DNA of 46,449 nucleotides, from NCBI GenBank assembly GCA_003344405.1, contig NOWV01000169.1, positions 124,001 to 170,449 of the forward strand. The letters are read 5' to 3'. Within the stretch, counting starts at the first letter, position 1. Every line of letters begins with the position of its first letter. Below, in pieces: positions 24,424-35,037 of the stretch. The notes beneath the pieces are model-generated. The model did no database searches. It was not told the DNA's origin and was given only the letters and a program-made list of their open reading frames with translations. The translations under genes were made by a program, and so were the position numbers. This DNA is from Trichoplax sp. H2 (lineage: Eukaryota).

Positions 24424-25614
24424 ATGAACGCAATATACTTCTCGAAGATATCACTGGCCATCATGTTGATACATTATAGTTGCTGTAACGCTGTATTTGG
24501 AAAAAAAAACTTTAAAAATCGCTTTATTGCTAAAAGAGACTATCATTTTTACGGAGACATTCGACGTGATTGCTATAATCGAGCCACATTGGGTTCCGAT
24601 TATAGCGGCGAAATTAGTTGGACGCAGTATGGCAAGCCATGCATGTTCTGGAATACTTATGGAAGACGAGGAACAAATTATTTTTCCTATAAGCATAACT
24701 ACTGTAGAAATCCTGATAGAAAGCCTGGAGGGCCATGGTGTTACCACGATTTTAATTCTTGGGGCTACTGCGATGTTCCTAAGTGCAGTAATGCTAAAGG
24801 TATTGATATAACATTTATTGATAAGGAATACTTTCAAGTTACTTCATGATTTGTGGCTTTCAATCATATCGCTCATTGGCAGAAACAGCTATAGATTTGG
24901 TTCATGCAACTTATGTTGTACATTATGATGATTGGTCTGCATGGTATTTTTTAACACCATACAGGACGATCATAATCGCAACGAACGTAAAATGATATAT
25001 AAAAAATTGATATTTTATCGCAGTTTGAGATTGTTTTATATGCAGTACGATTAGAGTGATTTTTAGTTAATTCGATGCTTTTGATGCTTGCTTTAGAATT
25101 GTATTATAGACAACATGAGAAGGAAAAATTATACAAGAAGAAAATTCGCTATTATACAATAACAGAATATATTACAAAACCGGTGTACGTTCCATATACT
25201 CGCTCATCTATGGTTACTACTACTACAACGGTAACAGCCCTATCACGTTCCCTTGTTACTGTTCCAGTTACTGCGCGAAGTACAAGTCTAGAGGTAGAAA
25301 CTATGACTAAATTTAGAACGGAACAGAGCCTTAAGCTTATAACAACTACTAAGACTACAACAGACTACCTTGATACATTTGGCGATACAATCTTTCCTGA
25401 AATATTTACCTCAAGTATTACAACAACAGCATCAACTACTACCATATTTATTACCGAGACCAGTCAAACAACATTCGACTTAACCGTTACTCGAACTGTC
25501 ACCAATTTTGAGACCACAACCATTTTGACAACCTCGCCTGTTACTAGTCGATCAATCATTACTAGAGAAATTTATCGTACGATCGTTAATGATGATTCTG
25601 ATTATTTTCTGTAG
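24424..25614 (+). CDS. Predicted secreted single-kringle + Thr-rich protein (gene B), exons 24424-24799 and 25097-25614, 297 aa
   Basis: Signal peptide MNAIYFSKISLAIMLIHYSCCNA, a KR site, and kringle DCY...YSG...KHNYCRNPDRKPGGPWCY...WGYCDVPKC. Phase-1 splice AAAG|gtattg...tttag|AA is in frame with the Thr-rich ORF. AATAAA at 25754-25759. Confidence 0.87.
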
Positions 25615-27669
25615 TGTTTCAACTAATATTTCAAAGTAGTTTAATAAGTCACCGTATAAACGTGGTACGATACGATCAATTTTCTCTTTAAAAATAGATT
25701 ACACACTGTTCTGTTAATGTACATTTAATGTTGAAATGAATTTGGATGTCTACAATAAAGACCTTGAATTGTACCGTAACTTAAAAATCATACTTTTACT
25801 GCATTTCTTGGTCGATTATAATTTATGCTCATTTGGAAAGGGTGAATTAACGAATTTTAAAGAATTTACGTTTCTTAAATTACGTTCTTACTAATGAGAA
25901 TTTCAATATCAAAGTCGTAGATCAAATCATTAAAAGGATTTCACAAAAATGAAATTAGTATCATTTCATAAATACTGTCATCCATAACTAGCTCCTATCT
26001 GTGGTTAGCAGAGGTTAAGTGATAAATTATCAATTCATGACATCATATGGATGCTATAGCCTGATTCGATATACTACTACTCGCTTACTTTTAGAAAAAT
26101 GGCTTCTAATATTAGGCTTTGCATAGTGCAGCTTAGGATATTTATATGCTGTATCAGCATACTTTTATGTTTAAAGATTCAGAAGCAATGAAAGTAACGG
26201 TGCAATGTTATACTTTGCCAATGGGAGGAATGAATTAAAAACTATGATTAATGTAATTATTGAAGGCTACGGCCCTTTCTAGTGTTTAAGGTGATCAATT
26301 GATCACTTGCCCCACTATCTATATATTTCTATCCCATAAGCATTAATTATTTCAAGATTGAAAGATATCTACAGTAGGACTAAAACTTTTGCACCGTTTG
26401 TATGATTAAAATGTGTGCAGACAAATTTCTACTGACTGACTGTATGAGTGCTTAAACGCTTTTGGGCACAGTAACGACTTGCATCGATTACACAATTTAT
26501 CAATTTGTATGAAACCTACAGTTCGTCATCTTACTGGTAATGTACAAGTGCAGTAGGCTAATGATATTACGGCTTAGTAAGTACAGTATGTACAGTAAGA
26601 ACTTGATGAAGCTCGATGTTATGTAGAGGGTAGATAAGCCGTTTACGTTTTTATGAAACGAATCTTGGGATGAAATATCATAAACTTGATTGGTAACGTG
26701 ATTATTCATTTATTAAATATACGCGTACAATACATGTAATGGGCCTAAATTGTAGCCTCGAGCTAAGTGTTAGCTGCCTAGGTATTCACAAATATGTCCT
26801 AGTAAACTTTTTAGTTATCGCTATAGTTGAATCAAAACATAGCGTGAATATTAAACTAACAAAAGCGAAACGGGAGTCTTTCAAGTTACCATTTCTGGGC
26901 TTTAAAATTGGTATCAGCGTCCCTGCATATAAAGGCAGTGATCGTTTACAGTTGTTCGACAAAATGTTGCTCACTGTTATTATTTCTGATAGCGCTTAAA
27001 GAAGAGCCTTAAGTTAATAACTTTAACCGTGACTCAATATAAGAGTCGTTACGAAATGTTATTAAGTGATATTATTACAATAATAAATACATGTTACACA
27101 TGAAAGACTGCATTCTGCCGTGATCAAGTACTAGAATATCTATTTAAGTAAATTACTATAAGACAGTACGAGTACACGAATACATTTATCTTAATGGAAA
27201 TAGCAATAGCAGCAATACGATAATTTGATAGATACTATACTGTACTGATACAGTAATGACTCAATCCTGTTGCAAGTTTCGTTACAGCCCTAAATACAGC
27301 ATATTTAGTTTCGTAATCATGTAAAAAATATTGGCAAGAGCTACCTTTATGTATTTCTGTATACAAATATATAAAAACTGAAAATACTGCATTTGTTATA
27401 GGCTCTACAAATTCGCCACATTAAAGACATACAAGAACAACAAATGCAGTATAGGTAGCATAGGCATTTACAGTAACAGACAGAAAATAAGCAAAAGAAG
27501 ACGAAATAATAGTGTCAACTGAACGCAAAGAATTTCTTCTGATCTACTGTATTTTACGGTCAACTCATTGTTTGAAAGTTATCATCTTATTCTAGTACTG
27601 ACCGCATCATCAACGATCACTTTCATTGTAATTCACAAAATTTTTTATTTCAATTCGAAAAATTGTAAG

Positions 27670-30600
27670 TTAATCCATCCCTTTATCATCTTGTGCAGTT
27701 TTACGATCACTATTCCATGAAGACATATGAGTCGTTTCTATTGGACTTCCACGATACTCTTCATCATCCAATCCATTCGAACCATCATATTGGGTATTAA
27801 CCAATCGCGTAATCATACGTTCGTCATCTTCACCCAAATCACCGCCCATCAGAGACGGTTCTCCAACAATCATTACGTCTTGAGATGGCATGACAACATT
27901 TGGTGCGTCAGGCGACTTCTTTTTGGTTGACGAAATATTAGAATTACCAGTGGTCGTCGAAGCTCTACGTTTACGTTTCTTAGCTTGCGATTGCTTGTTT
28001 TGTGATGAACCTGATGACTCGTCAATTGTAGGCACAGGTATAGAAGTATGAGACAATTCTTGTGGTTTCACGATCGATTGCTGCGGAATCACTGGCACAG
28101 CCATACCTGCAAAATTTACTATGTTTTCATCGAAACGTTACTAAACTACTTATACATTAAATTGTTTTTGTGAAACCTGTGGAGGTACCAGCTACTTGGC
28201 TTTTCTGAAGCACGGTTAAATTCAGACATTCTATAGTGTATTAACAATGCCAATCTATATGAGTACATAACTCTTAAATTAAATTGTACAGAATCGGATA
28301 AAATATTAAGAAATTTTACCACGAGGATTTACAGGATTCGCACTACTCTTTTGTTTAGACATTAATTCTTGCATCAGTTGTAGTGTTACACACATCTATT
28401 AGCGGGAATCAGTCAATTAATTATTCAATATTTAAATTAAAAACCGTACCGTTAGTATTATTAATCTACGCACACGAAGATATTTCATCGTTTCAGTCAA
28501 TAAGTCACGGCGAGAGGGACTTTTATTAATTCCTTCCGAAAAGCTTACTTGTGCAGAAACCTAAAAGTTAACAAGGCTTTTCATACAGGTGAACAGATGA
28601 GGTTAACCTTAATAAACACGAGGCAATCAAATTTGTAGTATTTACTCCATAGGATCCATTTTCATTTGCGTTAACTTGCATGTATTCTTTATGATTCTTA
28701 ATAGCAAACATCCATCTTCGAATTCTCATACTATCATCACATGTCAAATCTAATGTCAGTTTACCTTCTGTATATACCTATGAAATAACAAGATAATTAA
28801 TACTTGATTTTATATCATTAATCATTAACGCCAAAGATTTAATACAAATATACTTTTAAAGGACATGGCGATCCATGGTCAGATACCATCGCAGCATCAT
28901 CACATTCCATAGTAATGATACTTCTTGCAACAGAATCTCTTGGTTGATTGAGAATAAAGTACAAATCTGTTACTCCACGGTCAAACATGCTTCGAAAAAA
29001 CCTAGGAATTAACGTGCGTCCAATAGCTGAAAGAAAGTTGTAACGCAATCACTCAGTTAAATCGCAAAATAATCCATAAATATATGCATTTGACAGCATA
29101 ATTAGCTATCATATTATTGTTAACAATTAAATATCTGCAAAAGTCTCATTGGGAATATTTACTGTTAAACCAGTCAAACTCAAGTGCAATAAATTCTAAC
29201 ATTACAGTAAGCAGCACAAGCTTTCGTCGGCGTCATAATTGCCTAACACTGTACGATTGCAATACAATAAAATAATTTCCATTTAAATCGTGATGAAAAC
29301 CCTTTGATTTCTTTATGCCGGGAATGATACGAGGACAATGTACTACTGTACACATATGCGTAATCTATATGTATACAGTAAATATAGATCACTATAAATC
29401 TTATATCGTAAAATTTTATCAAGTTTAGATTCTGTCAGGGAATTAGCGATAGCCCTATATTTCGATGGCACTGTGCTCCATAACATTAAGTAGAATCAGT
29501 ACGTAACACGAGGCGTGAGGAGACAACAAATCGCCTCAAAACACTTGCATGACCATAGGTGAACTCTTCATATTTCACTAAACTTGTAGTAACAGACTTA
29601 CAATCATAAAGCAACAAACAGTGCCATGCATTTAGAACAGCCTTATCACTGTATCATGAATAATTATTTATACCTCGAAAGAATAATTCCAGGGCTAGGA
29701 TTACTTCCGCTTAACAACTCTGATTATACCATCCCAATGTGAAGCAACCCGCATTGGAAATGCTATGCCATCTCCCGGATTAATATTCGTACATACTGAT
29801 CTACTCTGTTACTTTTGCAGAACAGGGTCTTAATCTGCAATCACAGATTTAATCTCTGAATTAATCTCTGAATTAAAAAATACTTATGTTATTAAGTTCT
29901 TGATGATTTCGTGTAGCACAACTTGTATATGCATCTACCTCATAACTTAAGACATTGATGCTTGTTTATAAACCCGTAAGTATTCCTATACATGATCTAC
30001 AATACTAACGCCTGAATTTTTCATATTTGTAGGTGTTCAAACTTACATCAATTTTTGTTTNNNNNNNNNNNNNNNNNNNNGTACGATACTTTGATAGAGA
30101 AGAGAATACAGTACGTCTCACAGAGTAAACTACAGTATTAAAAGAGAGGCCAAAAATATGTCGACTGACTATTTCTCTGGTCATTTTAACCAGGGACTGT
30201 AACAGTTTTACGTTAAGTCTTTATTCGAGGGCCTGTCTTGCTCCTTACTCTTATTACATTTACGACCGTCGCAACTAGTCTCTTATCCAGTGAATATAAT
30301 GTATACGTTGTACAGTACAGTATATCAAACGTTATCATACTGTACTATCTATCCCTAATACCTTAATACGGTATTCATGTCTAAAGCGTAACAAGTCATA
30401 AGCAGCACATCCAATACTATGAACCACACGAATGTTCAATGTACATACAATGACCGTACAGTATACCGTCACATCTCCTTCTTTATCTAAGTACTAGTTC
30501 ATACAGTACTGTATAGTGCAATCATCGAGCTATGTTAAGCTACAATGATGTATACCGTTACGGGGACTTCTCGAAAGTAGTTGCTGTTTTAACTATACAG

Positions 30601-33225
30601 TACTGTACAAATTTGAGTGAGTGAACATACAGTATAAAATCGTATACTGTTCTGTACTGTACAGTATACAGTAAGAAGTTTTCTGATACGCGTATAACAT
30701 GCTAATGGCGGTTCTACACTCTACACTCTCTACCAGTGTTGTGCGTTTTTGGAAATGCAGTACGGTTAAACGAAAACTGAGTTTACTATTATTCCTACTC
30801 TGCACGTTTAAACGCAAACCGCGTTTTTAGATAGTCCAAAAGCCGTGTTTAAACGAAAACACGTTTTCTAAGGGTAAAAGAACGTGTCTTTTTTACCAAT
30901 ATGTCCTTACAATACACGGAGAGTATATCAACTCACTTCGGTTGAAATAAAACCATCATGACGTTTTTAACAAACGTGCGTTCCTCTTCGTGGTCTACCT
31001 CCTTTCATTAATTACATTATAATACGTATAATTAATTAATGAATCCCATCTAACCCGTAACACTACGATGTACAGTATACAGTATACGTGTATAAGAAGT
31101 GTATTCAACATGTAGTGCGAGTAGGATAGTACTTTCATGCTTAACTAGATTNNNNNNNNNNNNNNNNNNNNCCGCTTAACAACTCTGATTATACCATCCC
31201 AATGTAAAGCAACCCACATTGGAAATGCTATGCCATCTCCCGGATTAATATTCGTACATACTGATCTACTCTGTTACTTTGCAGAACAGGGTCTTAATCT
31301 GCAATCACAGATTTAATCTCTGAATTAAATAATACTTATGTTATTAAGTTCTTGATGATTTCGTGTAGCACAACTTGTATATGCATCTACCTCATAACTT
31401 AAGACATTGATGCTTGTTTATAAACCCGTAAGTATTCCTATACATGATCTACAATACTAACGCCTGAATTTTTCATATTTGTAGGTGTTCAAACTTACAT
31501 CAATTTTTGTTTAAGTAAACAAATTACAGCATAGTTCAACCAACTAATGAGCTACTCCGGCACCTGCTACCGAATTATAACATACATATGTACCAACTCT
31601 GGTAGTTACTCGCAGGTTCTAGCATTAGCAAATAGAGAAACCTACACCTCTGGTTTCAAATGATTACAAAGAGCCAGGCAAACTTCAATATGAGTAACGA
31701 GAAAGCGAATGAATAAATTTTATAAAAATATTTAAGCACTAAGGACGAAAGCTGAAAGTAAATTAATATGAATAATGAAAAGGAATGATTCCCCATTAAA
31801 GCATTTCATATTGTAGATGCATACTATACGTACAATGGAAAAATATTTTATCGTTTGCATCTTTGAAAACCTCACAGCCATCTCATAACTACTTGCATTA
31901 GCTACAGCGAGTGTAAATTCTATAAGACAAGATATGATAAAACACATCTACCTATATTACAGAAAGATGCCAGAAGTTTCTCCGCATAATTATTAATAAT
32001 TCCGAAATATAGTACATGACGTTATTGATTGTACACGGCTATAAAAATATTCAAACCGTTACGAAGCATCTCAGATTAGACTGTATTACTGTACAATATA
32101 AGAATACCATAAGGTTTTAAAATATCATAGTTTCAAAATATTAGACAATCTTGATTACAAAAATCTTAGTGCATGTCCCCAATTTATATTTCTGCGCTTA
32201 CACAACTGTAACAAGCTATAAATTTTTAAACGAATAACTATTACTCGTAAAGATTACTTACTCAAGCGGTTACGAGAGTCATCATTCGGACTTAACTTAA
32301 TTATAGTTAACGTAGCATCATCTTCAAAAAAGTCTGCGGCAAAAGCGTCCCACCACATGTTGTCACTACTCTACAAATATCATCGATATGCATCGAAGGT
32401 GTAGGTATAGACTTAAATTTAAGTTCTCCGTATAGCCGTTAGTTAAGGGCAATCAATTTAAATTACGTATTTTTAAAATTGCAACACAAAACAGTTAAGT
32501 CTATAAAATTACTTCAAACGAAGAGTTCATCTATATTATATAAAGATTAATAGCTAGAAAGAGGTATGTCTTACTAAGCTTCTTGTTCGTAATTTTTTAT
32601 TCATTCTGTATATAATGTAATCTGGCATAACAGCTGAATTTCTTCGAAAGCCACTTCTGTAACATTTTAAAAACTAGTAATTAAGATTAGGAAGGTTATG
32701 AACATATCCAACAGCTTTTTTATGATACGTCCGGTCGATTCTAAGGAGGTTCCTAGTACATCTATCTTATACAATATCACATTAACGAAAATTATTTTTT
32801 TGATCTAGCACAAATTCGGGATAAAAATATTGTCTGCAGTAACAAATTTAAGTATTTACCGTAATGTGTGATTAGATAGTTGTTATCTTTCCTAATTAAG
32901 AATTCAATTCACTAATGATAAAGCGAAATGGGTTATACTGTACATCCTGATAATAATTAAAAGGACTAAAACAATCTGTTTACATTACATATCTTATCAC
33001 CATAGTCTACGAAATGCTCCAGTATCTACTTTATAGTAAAAATATTGGTGCCATTTGTACGTACGGTAGCCAATCCTAGTAGTCCTTGTAGCACTGCAAT
33101 GCACTTGACAGTATATCTTGATTTCCCAAAGATTATTAATGATATGATATATAGTGACAGTGAAATTACTTTCTAGAAACTTACTCAATATCCGGCATCG
33201 GAGACTGCATAGGATGGGTTGGCAT
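27670..33225 (-). CDS. LDB: LIM domain-binding protein (LDB1/LDB2/Chip ortholog), multi-exon; start ATG 33225 provisional
   Basis: Exons encode DYIIYRMNKKL, SDNMWWDAFAADFFEDDATLT, IGRTLIPRFFRSMF, VYTEGKLTLDLTCDDSMRIRRW, MQELMSK, the NLS KKRKRR and the LIM-interaction domain DVMIVGEPSLMGGDLGEDDERMITRLVNTQYD. Confidence 0.95.
29707..30060 (+). repeat. 354-bp segment duplicated at 31172-31512 on the far side of the gaps
   Basis: Direct near-identity; differs by a 12-bp tandem duplication (ttaatctctgaa), a 1-bp indel and a few substitutions. Confidence 0.95.
30061..30080. other. Assembly gap (20 N)
   Basis: Run of N. Confidence 1.
30081..31151 (+). repeat. Copy 2 of the 1.1-kb block, an entire gap-bounded contig inside an LDB intron
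   Basis: Matches 20744-21876 end to end. Confidence 0.95.
31152..31171. other. Assembly gap (20 N)
   Basis: Run of N. Confidence 1.
31172..31512 (+). repeat. Second copy of 29707-30060
   Basis: Direct near-identity. Confidence 0.95.
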
Positions 33226-34219
33226 CTTCGCTTCTATATTTTCAACACTTAAACAGGAATAAGACATCAAGTAGAAAAATTTTTACGCCATGAGATTGTA
33301 CACTGTGTGAATACTCTATGCACAAAGCTTCAATCATTTTGAAAAATATTGTTTGGTACAAGCAAAATAACTCACAACAGTAAATGTAGCAGAGTACAGT
33401 ATTGTTTAAAGACATACAGTACAGTACAACTGCAACTAATTCATCTTCACGATACCGTACTGTACAGTATATTGTACGTAATCGACAATATAGTACAGTA
33501 TGCTCCAGTCCAAGATAGCAAATTGACAATAAATGAGTAGCTATGAACCTACTGGATAGTACTGTACAGTAGTGTTAGCTTGAAAGTAAATCAACTCTTT
33601 CAGTCTCTACTTCTGTACAGAGTTATTTCCTGTATTATAGTATTTTATTACCTTTTCTACAGAAACTGTAGTGCAGTTCCACCGAATATACTGAAGACTG
33701 AAGTTTCGCAACCACTTAGGATTCTATCGATAGTTTTAATAGTTTATATTTTATTACATTTTTTATTATTGTGAACAGTTCAGTGCTGTAACTGAAAACT
33801 TTAGATTAAGCTCAGATCAGTTAACTGCAAATTATCTGCAATACGTTAGCCCGAATCAATTAAATCATTCTCTGTCTCTGCTTTATCTATTTACAGTCTA
33901 TATAGTCCAGCTACTATACAGTATCCAAAACTTTAAAAATACCTACTGTAGTCTGGAAATTGAGCATTCGAGGCAGAAATAATACTGTGCTCGTATTGCA
34001 TGGAGGATGTCTTCCGCATTAAACTTAATAATACTACACACTGCATATTTTATAGTTCACAAAGAACGATACAACACATTTTTAGCTCTTGATACATTTA
34101 TTAAAATGCGGATTTATAAAGAAAGTCTCACCGGTTGCCTCAAATAGTACCCCTACAAGGATTTTTACTGGAAGCGGATGGAAATGAAAATCGGGCTACC
34201 TCTTTCGTACGTATATAAC

Positions 34220-34970
34220 ATATACAGTACATTATACAGTAAATACAGTACTGTACGTACTGTATACTGTACTATACTGTACACTACAGTATTATTGTAC
34301 TGTACAGTGTACAGTACAGTACTGTCCCGACACAGGTACAGTATACTGTACGCGAATAATGATTGTTTCTTTCTTTTACTGTACTGTACGGTATGTAGCA
34401 TTGATACTGCTATTGATAAAGATAGGTTTTAGCCGTTTAGGACAGTACTGTACAGTACAGTACGTAGTGGAAAGACAATAGTAACTGCACACTGTACAGT
34501 ACTTTACAGTACAGTACACAAGGTAGCATGGGCTACTGTACTCAGTGTAGTGTACAGTACAGTATGGTAATGTTCTCTACGAGAATTTTCTAATAGTAAA
34601 AAGATACAAGCGATACTGTACTGTACAGTACTTATACAGTAGACTGAGACGAGAGAGAGCTGTTTCAGAGAAAAGAACTTTATTACTGTACAGTACACCG
34701 TACAGTACTGTACAGTATAGTACAGTACACTGAGTGAGTGTACAGTGTACAGTACTGGAAGAAAACTCATCACATGACGCTCGTTGGCTGGCTGGATTTT
34801 TAGATAAAGTACAGTACAGTACATTACAATACGATACCATCTCACACACCTGCATAATACAGTACAGTACAATACAGTACAGTAGTGCATATCAGTAAGC
34901 CGTTTTACGAATAATACTGTATTGTATGTACAGTACATTGTACAGTACTGTATATTTATACTGTAGTTAG
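34220..34970. repeat. Dense CAGTA/TACTG pentamer repeat in the LDB-SLC49A3 divergent promoter (also 33400-33570)
   Basis: For example tactgtacagtacaccgtacagtactgtacagtatagtacagtacac at ~34684-34730. Confidence 0.85.
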
Positions 34971-35037
34971 TTAAAACTAAAACTAACTACGATTTTAAAG
35001 TAAACAAGACTGTAGTAGTAATTAGAATTAATTAATT

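Noticed and set aside
24451-24837. Antisense and alternative-frame ORFs over the kringle exon (similar ORFs over CNNM, LDB and CCT7)
   Set aside because: Shadows of real coding exons with no independent features.
30081-31151. Mobile-element insertion in the LDB intron
   Set aside because: Its ends coincide with assembly gaps, and no TIR, TSD or transposase is visible.
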